Shown piece by piece: positions 1-8,632 of a stretch of 41,441 nt of DNA. Numbering within the stretch: position 1 is the first letter of the stretch; every line of letters starts with the position of its first letter. Source of the stretch: an uncultured Myxococcales bacterium (GTDB taxonomy: Bacteria; Myxococcota_A; UBA9160; SZUA-336); the NCBI GenBank assembly GCA_964557495.1, contig CAZLBF010000040.1, positions 1-41,441 of the forward strand, read 5' to 3'. The notes beneath the pieces are model-generated. The model saw only the letters and a list, made by a program, of their open reading frames with translations. It did no database searches and was not told where the DNA came from. A program made the position numbers and the translations under genes.

Positions 1-441
1 GGCTTCGGCACGCACATCTGCGATGTCGAGGTCGATCCCGACACCGGCCGCGTCGACGTGATCCGGTACACCTCGGTCCAGGACGCCGGCCGTGCGATCC
101 ACCCGAGCTACGTCGAGGGACAGATGCAGGGGGGCGCGGCCCAGGGGATCGGCTGGGCGCTCAACGAGGAGTACGTGTACGACGAGCAGGGAAAGCTCGA
201 GAACGCCGGCTTCCTCGACTATCGAATGCCGGTCGCATCGGACCTGCCGATGATCGAGACCGTGATCGTCGAGGTGCCGAATCCCAGGCATCCCTACGGC
301 GTTCGCGGCGTCGGCGAGGTGCCGATCGTTCCGCCGCTCGCCGCGGTGGCGAACGCGATCGAAGACGCGGTCGGCGTTCGCGTGCGCGACCTGCCCATCT
401 CACCGCCCCGCCTGCTCGAGGCGCTCCAGGCAAAGCCCTGA
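1..441 (+). CDS. Aldehyde oxidase/xanthine dehydrogenase family molybdopterin-binding subunit, C-terminal fragment (5' end lies outside the window)
   Basis: Frame 1 is open from base 1 (GFGTHICDVEVDPDTGRVDV precedes the listed ORF). DAGRAIHPSYVEGQMQGGAAQGIGWALNEE and HPYGVRGVGEVPIVPPLAAVANAI match the conserved C-terminus of CoxL/XdhB-type Mo-pterin subunits. Confidence 0.85.
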   Translation, partial: GFGTHICDVEVDPDTGRVDVIRYTSVQDAGRAIHPSYVEGQMQGGAAQGIGWALNEEYVYDEQGKLENAGFLDYRMPVASDLPMIETVIVEVPNPRHPYGVRGVGEVPIVPPLAAVANAIEDAVGVRVRDLPISPPRLLEALQAKP

Positions 442-450
442 GGGGGTCGC

Positions 451-696
451 TTGGCGACCGTATTCATCCCGTCGGGACTCCGCGCGCTGACCGCCGGGGA
501 GACCCGGGTGGAGATCGACGCGCGCGACGTCCGCGAGCTGATCACTCGCCTCGACGAACGCTACCCCGGATTTCGAGAGCAGCTCGGCAACGCCGTCGCG
601 GTAGCCATCGACGGCGAGATCATCCAGGACCCCCTGCTCGAGCCGGTCGAGCCGGGGAGCGAGGTTCACTTCATGCCGCCCATCTCGGGCGGGTGA
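451..696 (+). CDS. MoaD/ThiS/CysO-family ubiquitin-fold sulfur-carrier-like protein (C-terminal GG)
   Basis: 81 aa with a TTG start 9 nt after the upstream stop. Ends in PPISGG. Size and the PGF..QL pattern fit the beta-grasp sulfur-carrier family. Paralogous to the ORF at 29962..30231. Confidence 0.8.
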   Translation: MATVFIPSGLRALTAGETRVEIDARDVRELITRLDERYPGFREQLGNAVAVAIDGEIIQDPLLEPVEPGSEVHFMPPISGG

Positions 697-726
697 ACGG
701 TCAGTCGAAACCCCGAAGGAGGTGCG

Positions 727-1155
727 ATGCTCCCGATCGACAACATCGTCGTTCCGGTGGACTTCTCGGAGCACTCGCGTCGGGCTCTGGCTGACGCGAT
801 CGAGCTGGCGCAGCAGTTCGGCGCCAGGCTCCACCTGGTTCACGCTTCGGACCTGCCCGAGAAGATCCCGCTCGCCGACGAGTGGTGTCAGGCCATGAAG
901 GAGGAGATCGCCCGGGCTCTCGAGACCCGTGTGGATCTGGCCAGGGAGGCGGGCGTGTCGGCCGAGATCCACCTGGCGGACGGGCAGCCGTGGCAGGCGA
1001 TCGTGAGCCTGGCGGACGAGGTGGGCGCCAACCTGATCGTGATGGGGTCGCACGGGCGAACCGGGATCAGCCATGCATTCCTAGGCAGTGTCGCGGAGCG
1101 GACGCTTCGCACGGCAAGCTGCCCGGTTCTCGTCGTCAAGCCGGACGAGAGCTAG
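727..1155 (+). CDS. Universal stress protein (UspA family)
   Basis: 142 aa. IVVPVDFSEHSRRAL at the N-terminus and VMGSHGRTGISHAFLGSVAERTLRTASCPVLVV (ATP-binding G-2x-G-9x-G(S/T) region) at the C-terminus. GGAGG RBS upstream. Confidence 0.85.
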   Translation: MLPIDNIVVPVDFSEHSRRALADAIELAQQFGARLHLVHASDLPEKIPLADEWCQAMKEEIARALETRVDLAREAGVSAEIHLADGQPWQAIVSLADEVGANLIVMGSHGRTGISHAFLGSVAERTLRTASCPVLVVKPDES

Positions 1156-1172
1156 GCGCGCCGAGCGCGTCC

Positions 1173-2612
1173 CTACTCGACGAGACGGACGGAGTAGCGC
1201 TCCATGCCGGCGGCGCTGCGCAGGTCGTCGAATGCGAACTCGGTGAGCTCGATGAAGCCGTGCAGGTCGGGCAGCTGCTCCCAGTCCGCGTTGAACCCCC
1301 AGTACAGCTTGCCGTCGTAGCTGAACAGCGCGATCCCGAGTCCGAGGCGCCCCGTGATCGGCACGCTCGGGAACAGGTCCGTGAGCCTCGCACCCAGCAT
1401 GAAGAGCGGGATCTGGGGCCCTGGCACGTTGGTGACCACCATGTTGAAGGGAAGCCGGCGCTGCACGAGGGCGCGGGCCCCGAAGGAGACCAGGCGGGGG
1501 GAGATCCAGTCCCCGAGCTGCGTCACCAGATCGGCCGCCGAGGCCTGGTTGGTTCGCTTGAAGCCGCTGATCTGCTCGGCGATCCGCGCGAACCGGATGC
1601 GCGCGTCGGGCTCCCCGATCGGAAGGTCGACGATCCAGGCGGAGATCTGGTTTCCCATCTGCCCCCGCTCGGCGTCCGGCCGCAGGCTGACCGGCGCCAG
1701 CACGCGGAAGTCGATGCTGGCGGGGTCCACGCTCCGCTGGATCATGAACGAGCGAACCGCGCCGGCCACCGTCGCGAGCACCACGTCGTTGAGCGTGCCG
1801 CCGAGCTCCTTGGCGATCCGCTTGGCCTCGTCGAGCTCCATCGTGAACCAGTCGAAGCGCCGGTGTGAGCCGATCGGCTGGTTGAGGGGCGTCTCCGAGG
1901 GGGGGCGGATCACCTTGCCGACCGTGTCGGCCATGGCGCGCATGCGCGTGCGGAGACCCTCCCGGATGTTCTCCGCCTCGCGCGCGAAGGCGCTCGACTG
2001 GCGCACGGCCTCGAACGGGAGAGCCGCGCGCCGCCGGATCTCGTGGCGGATCAGCTCCCAGTCGGAGGGCGCGCGACGCGGGGCGAAGGGAGGCATCTGG
2101 GGGATCTCGTCGTCTTGCGTGGTCCGGAGCAGGATCGACAGGAGATCCGCGCCCGCCATGCCGTCGGCCATGGAGTGGTGGATCTTGCTGATGACCGCGA
2201 AGCGATCTCCCTCGAGCCCCTCGACCACCCAGTTCTCCCAGAGCGGCTTCGAGTGGTCGAGGTTCTGCGACATGATGCGCGCGGACAGCCGCTTGAGCTG
2301 CCTCACCGTGCCCGGCTTGGGCAGGCTCGTGTGCCGGATGTGGTAGTGCGCGTTGAACCCCACGTCGTCCACCCAGATCGGGTGATTCTCGAACGGGATC
2401 CAGCTGAGCTTCTGGCGGTAGCGCGGGACCCGATGCAGAACCGCCTCGGTCGCCTCGACGAGCCGATCGAAGTCGATCCCACCGTCCGGTAGCCGGAGGG
2501 GCTCGGCCTCGAACATCAGGACCGACGCCATGTGGAGATAGCTGTTCGGGTCCTCGAGCATGAGGAACGAGCTATCGAGGGAGGTCAGCCGATCGTAGGC
2601 GTAGGGGGACAT
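1173..2612 (-). CDS. Wax ester synthase/acyl-CoA:diacylglycerol acyltransferase (WS/DGAT family)
   Basis: 479 aa with the HHxxxDG active-site motif (IHHSMADGMAG). N-terminal DSSFL and overall length are typical of the WS/DGAT family. Confidence 0.9.
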   Translation of the reverse strand: MSPYAYDRLTSLDSSFLMLEDPNSYLHMASVLMFEAEPLRLPDGGIDFDRLVEATEAVLHRVPRYRQKLSWIPFENHPIWVDDVGFNAHYHIRHTSLPKPGTVRQLKRLSARIMSQNLDHSKPLWENWVVEGLEGDRFAVISKIHHSMADGMAGADLLSILLRTTQDDEIPQMPPFAPRRAPSDWELIRHEIRRRAALPFEAVRQSSAFAREAENIREGLRTRMRAMADTVGKVIRPPSETPLNQPIGSHRRFDWFTMELDEAKRIAKELGGTLNDVVLATVAGAVRSFMIQRSVDPASIDFRVLAPVSLRPDAERGQMGNQISAWIVDLPIGEPDARIRFARIAEQISGFKRTNQASAADLVTQLGDWISPRLVSFGARALVQRRLPFNMVVTNVPGPQIPLFMLGARLTDLFPSVPITGRLGLGIALFSYDGKLYWGFNADWEQLPDLHGFIELTEFAFDDLRSAAGMERYSVRLVE

Positions 2613-2695
2613 GGCCTAACCAGTTTGGATTATGCACGACGCGTGCCCGCGAAACAATGCAGCGGGCTGCGTATCGCGACACCTCGATGTGCAAG

Positions 2696-2710
2696 GCTGA
2701 CTCAGTCAGC
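2696..2710. repeat. Perfect 7+1+7 palindrome GCTGACTCAGTCAGC in the anti-sigma / WS-DGAT intergenic region; function unknown
   Basis: Read directly from the sequence. Lies 84 bp upstream of the WS/DGAT start codon (2612, minus strand) and 46 bp past the anti-sigma stop. Confidence 0.6.
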
Positions 2711-2755
2711 GTGACGATTCGCCACCCGAGCAGCTGAGCCGGTACGGCTCGGGAG

Positions 2756-4033
2756 TCAGTGAATCCTGACCAGGAACTCGGCAGTGCGCGAGATCGACGT
2801 GTCCGTCGCGATGACGCGCCGCTCCACACGATAGATGCCCGGCGTCAACCACTCGGCGGGGGGCTTCATGGCGACGTGCTCGGCTCCGGCGTCGACCGCG
2901 AAGCGCTGCCGGATCTCGCGCGTCCCGTCGCTGCTCGCGATGCGGATCTCGACGACGTCCCGGGGACCGACTTCCGCGGGCAGCGGAACGGCGAGGGAGC
3001 CGGCGGCCGCGTCGAAGCGCAGCGTCTGAGGCAGGGCCGCTCTCGGGCCGCCGGACTCGAGTGAGTAGCGGTACGTCGGACTCACATCCGCCTTGCCGCC
3101 CTCGGGCGGGGCCACCGGCTCGAACTGCAGCGCCCACGCGGGCTCGCGCAGCTCGAGCGGCGCCTCCCGCTTCTCGGGCTCCGCTGCGGGCGCGAGCCGG
3201 TCGGCGGCCGCCAGGTCGGACTCCGCCGGTGCGCGCAGGCCCTCCACCGCTTCCGCGGCGGCGATGGCCCCCATCGCCTTGACCTTCGACTCCGGCTCGG
3301 GCTGCGCCCGGCTCTGCTTCGCGAGCCGGTCCTTGTCGGCGCGCCCGCGTAGCGGTGCACTCGCCTGCGGAGCGGGTGCCTCGGGCGCGGGCTTGTAGCG
3401 TGAGTCGAGCAGCCCCGGACGCGGTAGCTCCTCGGCTTCGGCCGGAGCCGCGCCCTCGGCACCGGAGCGGCGCGACGGCTCCGCAGCCGGGCGCTGCAGG
3501 CGAGCGGGCTCGTCGAGCGCGCTCTCCGTGCGGAGGGCCGATGGTTCCGGGAGCGATCCGAGGTCGAGGAGCACCCAGCGCGCCGTCGGGTAGAGGAGCG
3601 CGAGCGCGATCGCGTAGGCGAAGGCGGGGTGCAGGACCAGACCGCGCAGGCGGCCGAGCAGCCCCGAGAGCGGCGAGCCGGAGACCTCCACCGCGGGGGC
3701 GGGCCCGGGCGCGAGCGCGGAGAAGTCGAAGGCCCGCAGCGCTGCCAGCTCGTCGGCGCACGAGTGGCAGGTCGCCAGGTGGCCTTCGACCCGGCTCCGC
3801 TCGGCGGGGCCGAGCGAGCCGGGGGACTGCTCGAAGCGGAGCAGGGTCGCCTCGTCGGGGTGAGCCGACGCCCCCTCCCCGCGCAGCTGCGCCTCCAGCT
3901 CGGTCCAGGCGCGCAGCTCCGCCGAGCACTCCGCACACGCGGGGTAGTGCTCGAGGAACGCCTCGAACTCCGAGGCGCGCGGGTCGGCGACGAACTCCGC
4001 GAGGTCGAGCTCGAACGCTCTGCGACAGCTCAT
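2756..4033 (-). CDS. Anti-sigma factor, zf-HC2 type, single-pass membrane protein with a large Ala/Pro-rich extracytoplasmic part
   Basis: Two H-x3-C-x2-C motifs near the N-terminus (HYPACAEC and HLATCHSC). One hydrophobic span (LVLHPAFAYAIALALLYPTARWVLL). Sits 54 nt downstream of an ECF sigma gene on the same strand. Confidence 0.7.
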   Translation of the reverse strand: MSCRRAFELDLAEFVADPRASEFEAFLEHYPACAECSAELRAWTELEAQLRGEGASAHPDEATLLRFEQSPGSLGPAERSRVEGHLATCHSCADELAALRAFDFSALAPGPAPAVEVSGSPLSGLLGRLRGLVLHPAFAYAIALALLYPTARWVLLDLGSLPEPSALRTESALDEPARLQRPAAEPSRRSGAEGAAPAEAEELPRPGLLDSRYKPAPEAPAPQASAPLRGRADKDRLAKQSRAQPEPESKVKAMGAIAAAEAVEGLRAPAESDLAAADRLAPAAEPEKREAPLELREPAWALQFEPVAPPEGGKADVSPTYRYSLESGGPRAALPQTLRFDAAAGSLAVPLPAEVGPRDVVEIRIASSDGTREIRQRFAVDAGAEHVAMKPPAEWLTPGIYRVERRVIATDTSISRTAEFLVRIH

Positions 4034-4087
4034 CGATCGGCTCCTCCACTCACCCAGAGGATAGTCCCGCCCGCGGCCGGAATCGGA

Positions 4088-4657
4088 TCACTCCCCCGCA
4101 TGCGCACCCTCCAGGCGTTGGCGCAGCTTGCGGAGACCGTCGCGCAGGCGGCGCTTGAGCGTTCCGAGGGGGATGCCGGTCAGGTCGGAGACCTCCTGAT
4201 AGGTGCGCCCCTCCGCGTACACCCCCTCCACGGCCCGCCGCTCGTCGGGGGCAAGCTCGCCGAGCGCCGTCGCGATGTCGGCGCTCAGCGCGCCGTCCAC
4301 CTGCCCCGCAGGGGCGCGCATCAGGCGCTCACTCTCGTCGTCCCAGGGGAGCGACTCCTTCTCGCGGTGGCGGAGCCGCCGCTTCAGGCGGTCGACGAAC
4401 TTGTTGCGAGTGATGATGCGGACGTAGCCGACGAACGCCTCGGGATCGCGCAGCCGGCCGGCGCGGGCGTTCTGGATCACCGAGAGCGCGACCTCCTGCC
4501 GCAGGTCGTCCCACTCGTCCTGGAAGTCGTAGGCGCGCAGCTGCCGGAGCACCCCGGTGACCAGCCGGTTCAGCTCGAGGAACGCTAGGCGGTCGCCCGC
4601 CACCAGCCGGGTCTGGACGTCCATCCAGTCGCGCGCCCTGCCCCCCTCGTCGGCCAT
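4088..4657 (-). CDS. RNA polymerase sigma factor, ECF (sigma-70 group IV) family
   Basis: 189 aa. Region 2-like segment (DDLRQEVALSVIQNA...FVGYVRIITRNKFVDRLKRR) and region 4 HTH (RTYQEVSDLTGIPLGTLKRRLRDGLRKLRQRL). Confidence 0.85.
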   Translation of the reverse strand: MADEGGRARDWMDVQTRLVAGDRLAFLELNRLVTGVLRQLRAYDFQDEWDDLRQEVALSVIQNARAGRLRDPEAFVGYVRIITRNKFVDRLKRRLRHREKESLPWDDESERLMRAPAGQVDGALSADIATALGELAPDERRAVEGVYAEGRTYQEVSDLTGIPLGTLKRRLRDGLRKLRQRLEGAHAGE

Positions 4658-4785
4658 GCCAGAACCTTAGCGATTTCGCGGAATTGGAACCGGTGATCCG
4701 ATTTGGGACGGGCTGCAGACCCTCCCTCTAGCGGGCGGTTGCTCGGACGCGGGGTCCGAGGCCGCGCCGAGAGCGGAGAGTCGTC

Positions 4786-7188
4786 ATGAGGAATACGTTC
4801 TTGAGTCTCGCACTGGTGCTGGGGGTCTTCGGGCTCGGAGGCGCCGCCCCGGCGGGCGAGCTGGAGCCGCCCGGCACCGGAATGCTCGACGCCATCGGCC
4901 CCGACGGAGAGCCGCTCGGCGCCTGTCCCCTGGAGCACACCTCGGTGTCGGCCGAGATCGCGGGCTTCGTCGCGCGCGTGCGCGTGACCCAGACCTTCGA
5001 GAACCCCTTCCCCGACCCGATCGAGGCGGTCTACACCTTTCCGCTCTCCGAGCGGGGCGCGGTGGACGGCATGTGGATTCGCACCGGCGATCGCGAGATC
5101 CGCGGTGAGATCAAGCGGCGCGAGGAGGCGCGACGCATCTACGAGCAGGCGCGGGACCGCGGCCAGCTCGCGGCGCTGCTCGACCAGGAGCGACCGAACA
5201 TCTTCACGCAGCAGATCGCAAACCTGATGCCGGGCGCCCGCGTCGAGATCGTGATCGAGTACGTCGAGCCGCTGCGCTACGAGGCGGGGGAGTTCGAGTT
5301 CTCATTTCCCACGGTCGTGGGCCCGCGCTTCATCCCGGGCGCAGCTACCGGCCAGCAGGGGACCGGGTGGTCTCCCGACACCTCGCGCGTGCCGGACGCC
5401 TCGCGCATCACCCCACCCGTGACTCCGGAGGGGACCCGGTCGGGACACGACCTCTCGATCGAGGTGACGCTGGAGGCGGGAGTTCCGATCCTGGGGATCG
5501 AGTCGCCCCTGCACACCGTCGACGTCGAGCGGGACGGGAAGACGCGCGCCGTCGTCGCGCTCCGGAACCGGCGCGAGATCCCGAACCGGGACTTCGTGCT
5601 GCGCTACGCCGTGGCGGGTGAAGAGCTCGAGAGCGGCTACCTGGTGCACCGCGACGGGCGCGACGGCTACGTCAGCTTCGTGCTGCTGCCGCCGAAGCGG
5701 GTGCGGCCCGCCGACGTGGCACCGCGCGAGCTCGTGTTCGTGATCGACCGGTCCGGCTCACAGAGCGGTCGGCCGCTGCTGAAGGCCAAGGAGACCATGC
5801 TCTGGATCCTGGAGCGGCTGAACCCGAACGACACGTTCCAGATCGTCGACTTCTCGAGCTCGGCGAGCTTCCTGTTCGAGCGGCCGATGCCGGTCACGCA
5901 CGAGACGAAGCGCCGAGCCCGCGCGCACATCCGCAGCCTCGAGGCGAACGGCGGCACGATGATGGCAGAAGCGATCCAGCGGGTCACCGAGCGCCGGGCC
6001 GAGGGGAACCGGCTGCGCATCGTCACGTTCATGACCGACGGGTACGTCGGGAACGACTTCGAGGTAATCTCGCTGGTCAAGAGCCTGCGCGGGACCTCCC
6101 GTTGGTTCCCGTTCGGTACGGGGAACTCGGTCAACCGCTACCTGCTCGAGGAGATGGCCCGCCACGGCGGTGGCGAGGTCGAGTACGTGCTCCTGGACGC
6201 CCCCGGAGACGAGGTCGCACGCAAGTTCTACGACCGCATCGACGCGCCGGTGTTGACCGACGTGCGACTCGAGTTCCGGGACCTCGACGTCTACGACGTC
6301 TACCCGAACCAGCTCGCCGACGTGTGGGAGGAGCGGCCGCTCGTGATCCACGCGCGCTATCGGAACCCCGGAAAGGGGCGAGTGATCCTGCGCGGCTACC
6401 GGGCCGGAGAGGCGTACTCGCAGGAGATCGAGGTCGATCTGCCCGGGCGCGAGGCCGAGGGCGACGCCATCGCATCCATGTGGGCGCGCGCCCGCGTCGA
6501 CGATCTGATGGCGCGCGACCTGGGCGCGCTCCAGGGCGGCGCGTTCCCCGACGTGCTCCGCGAGGAGATCATCGAGGTCGCGCTCGAGCACCGGATCATG
6601 ACGCAGTTCACGTCGTTCGTGGCCGTCGAGGACCGCGTGATCAACCAGGGCGGCCAGCAACGCACCGTGACCGTTCCCGTCGAGATGCCCCAGGGCGTCG
6701 AGTACGAGGGCGTGTTCCGGGAGCTGCGCTCGGCCGGTCCGATGAAGCACTCGCGTTCCCAGGAGTCGCTGGGCTATATGCAATCGCTCCTGGGCTCCCT
6801 GAGCCTCTCGCTGCCCGCTCCGGAGACGGCCGATCGCGCGGCGCCGGTTCGCCGCGGTGTCGGGAAGCTCGGCGACCCGGGGGACGAGCGGCGCGAACGA
6901 GACGCCGCGCGCGCCCTCGGCCGCAAGGCGCGCGAGCGCCTGGCGCCCGAGCTCCGGGCGCTCGTCGAGGGCGGCGCGCCGCCAGGCCCGACCGTCCAGG
7001 TCACCGACGGCCGCGTGCGCGTGCGGGTGCAGCTGCGCAAGGGGGCCAAGGAGGCAATCGAGGCACTCCAGGAGGCCGGGCTCGACGTCGACCTGATCCT
7101 CGGCGGCCTCGTGATCGGCGAGATCGAGATCGAGAAGCTCCGCGAGCTCGCCGAGCTGGACGCGGTCGAACGGATCTCCGCCGCCTGA
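4786..7188 (+). CDS. Secreted VIT domain + von Willebrand factor A domain protein
   Basis: Signal peptide MRNTFLSLALVLGVFGLGGAAPA. VIT-like N-terminal domain (VRVTQTFENPFPDPIEAVYTFPLSERGAVDGMWIRTGDREIRGEIKRREEAR). VWA domain with MIDAS DxSxS (VFVIDRSGSQSG) and GGT...TDG. Confidence 0.85.
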   Translation: MRNTFLSLALVLGVFGLGGAAPAGELEPPGTGMLDAIGPDGEPLGACPLEHTSVSAEIAGFVARVRVTQTFENPFPDPIEAVYTFPLSERGAVDGMWIRTGDREIRGEIKRREEARRIYEQARDRGQLAALLDQERPNIFTQQIANLMPGARVEIVIEYVEPLRYEAGEFEFSFPTVVGPRFIPGAATGQQGTGWSPDTSRVPDASRITPPVTPEGTRSGHDLSIEVTLEAGVPILGIESPLHTVDVERDGKTRAVVALRNRREIPNRDFVLRYAVAGEELESGYLVHRDGRDGYVSFVLLPPKRVRPADVAPRELVFVIDRSGSQSGRPLLKAKETMLWILERLNPNDTFQIVDFSSSASFLFERPMPVTHETKRRARAHIRSLEANGGTMMAEAIQRVTERRAEGNRLRIVTFMTDGYVGNDFEVISLVKSLRGTSRWFPFGTGNSVNRYLLEEMARHGGGEVEYVLLDAPGDEVARKFYDRIDAPVLTDVRLEFRDLDVYDVYPNQLADVWEERPLVIHARYRNPGKGRVILRGYRAGEAYSQEIEVDLPGREAEGDAIASMWARARVDDLMARDLGALQGGAFPDVLREEIIEVALEHRIMTQFTSFVAVEDRVINQGGQQRTVTVPVEMPQGVEYEGVFRELRSAGPMKHSRSQESLGYMQSLLGSLSLSLPAPETADRAAPVRRGVGKLGDPGDERRERDAARALGRKARERLAPELRALVEGGAPPGPTVQVTDGRVRVRVQLRKGAKEAIEALQEAGLDVDLILGGLVIGEIEIEKLRELAELDAVERISAA

Positions 7189-7296
7189 CCCGGGGACCGG
7201 ACTCCGAGCCGGGGCGGCGCGCCCGAGGTGCGCCGCCCCCTGCAGCTCCATCTCTCGGGGCGCGCGAATATACTCGCGCCACCCGATGGGAGTCCG

Positions 7297-7890
7297 ATGA
7301 GCTCGCTGCGCTACTACCTGGCGCTGGCTCTGGTGGTCAGCTTTCCGCCCGCGATCCTCTTCTGGCTCGTCGTCCACCCGCTCGTCCACTTCTGGCGCAG
7401 GCTCGGACCCGCCTGGACCTACGCGATCGTCGGGACGCCGATCCTGCTGGCGATGTTCGGGATGTTCCTGGCGCGCGCAACGCTCCTGGCCACGGAGTTC
7501 GGAACCCGCTACGCGCTCGCGGCTCTCGGCGTGCTGTGCCTCGTCGCCGCCGGGAGACTGCGCCTGCTGATTCGGGAGCAGGCGAGCCTCTGGCTCATCT
7601 CGGGGCTGCCGGAGCTCGCGCCGGATCGGCGGGAGAGCGGCCTCCTCAGCGAGGGCATCTACGCCAGGATCCGTCACCCTCGCTACGTTCAGATCGCGCT
7701 GGCCCTGCTGGGCTGGACCCTGGTCGCAAACTACCTGGCCACCTACGTGGTGCTGGCGGTGTGGCTGGCCGCGATCTACCCGATCGTACTGCTCGAAGAG
7801 CGAGAGCTGCGCGAACGCTTCGGCGAGGCGTACGAGGCGTACGCTCGCCGCGTCCCGAGGTTCGTGCCGGGCTTCGGCCGCGCACGCTGA
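7297..7890 (+). CDS. Isoprenylcysteine carboxyl methyltransferase (ICMT)/phospholipid methyltransferase family membrane protein
   Basis: Multi-TM protein with GIYARIRHPRYVQIALALLGW ... LLEERELRERFGEAYEAYARRVPRFVP, the ICMT/PEMT C-terminal signature. ATG at 7297 has a GGGAG RBS; the upstream GTG at 7228 is an alternative start. Confidence 0.75.
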   Translation: MSSLRYYLALALVVSFPPAILFWLVVHPLVHFWRRLGPAWTYAIVGTPILLAMFGMFLARATLLATEFGTRYALAALGVLCLVAAGRLRLLIREQASLWLISGLPELAPDRRESGLLSEGIYARIRHPRYVQIALALLGWTLVANYLATYVVLAVWLAAIYPIVLLEERELRERFGEAYEAYARRVPRFVPGFGRAR

Positions 7891-7927
7891 GTTCGAGGCC
7901 GCCGGCGCCAGCTGTTAGATTGACCGG

Positions 7928-8632
7928 ATGATCGGCTTCGCAGCGCTCTGTCTCGTCGCCACGGCCGCCCTGCTCGTCGCTCAGCACCGCGACTCGATGC
8001 TCGGTATCTGGATCGCGAAGCCGCTCGCCGCCACGGCCTACATCGGCGCCGCGCTGGCGCTAGGAGCGCTCGACACGCTCTACGGATGCGCAGTGCTGAC
8101 GGCGCTGGTGCTCTCGTGGTTCGGTGACGTGTTCCTGATTCCGCGCGAGGCGCCGCGCAGCTTCAAGGCCGGGGTGCTGAGCTTCCTCTTGGCACACGTC
8201 GCCTTTGCGCTGGCCTTCGCGCTGCGGGGGCTCGACTGGCTCGTCGTTGCGGTCGCGGCGGTGGCCGCAGCGGCTGTGGCGGTCGCGCTCCTGCGCTGGC
8301 TCCGGCCCCACCTTCCGCGCGACCTGACCGTGGCGGTCCACGTCTACGTGGCGGTGATCTCGCTCATGCTGGTCGCCGCCGCGGGGACCGCGGCCGCGCT
8401 CGGCGGTGTGGCGATCTTCATCGGCGCGCTGATGTTCTACGTGTCGGACCTGGCGGTGGCGCGCGAGCGCTTCGTCGCGTCGAGCTTCTGGAACCGTGCC
8501 TGGGGGCTTCCGCTCTACTTCGGAGGTCAGCTCTTCCTCGCCTCGACCGTCGCCCAGGTCGCAGTCGGGGAGGCTCGGAGCCGTATGCGCGACGTCGCCG
8601 ACACCGATCCCGCATCGAGCTCGGCTGCATGA
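7928..8632 (+). CDS. YhhN family (lysoplasmalogenase/TMEM86-like) membrane protein
   Basis: 234 aa and highly hydrophobic. WFGDVFLI and FYVSDLAVARERF motifs are typical of the YhhN family. Confidence 0.8.
   Translation: MIGFAALCLVATAALLVAQHRDSMLGIWIAKPLAATAYIGAALALGALDTLYGCAVLTALVLSWFGDVFLIPREAPRSFKAGVLSFLLAHVAFALAFALRGLDWLVVAVAAVAAAAVAVALLRWLRPHLPRDLTVAVHVYVAVISLMLVAAAGTAAALGGVAIFIGALMFYVSDLAVARERFVASSFWNRAWGLPLYFGGQLFLASTVAQVAVGEARSRMRDVADTDPASSSAA

Noticed and set aside
2706-4158. Several 250-450-aa ORFs in other frames or on the other strand over the anti-sigma gene (2706..4049, 3082..3936, 3355..4158, 3629..4588).
   Set aside because: They have the same Arg/Pro/Ala-rich shadow-ORF composition. 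Only the 2756..4033 frame has the zf-HC2 motifs, a transmembrane span and the expected position after the ECF sigma gene.
4686-4710. An ECF-type promoter (GGAAC at 4686..4690) upstream of the VIT-VWA gene.
   Set aside because: A GGAAC -35-like pentamer exists, but I find no clear CGT-type -10 at the expected 16-17 nt spacing. It is too weak to annotate without the ECF group-specific motif.
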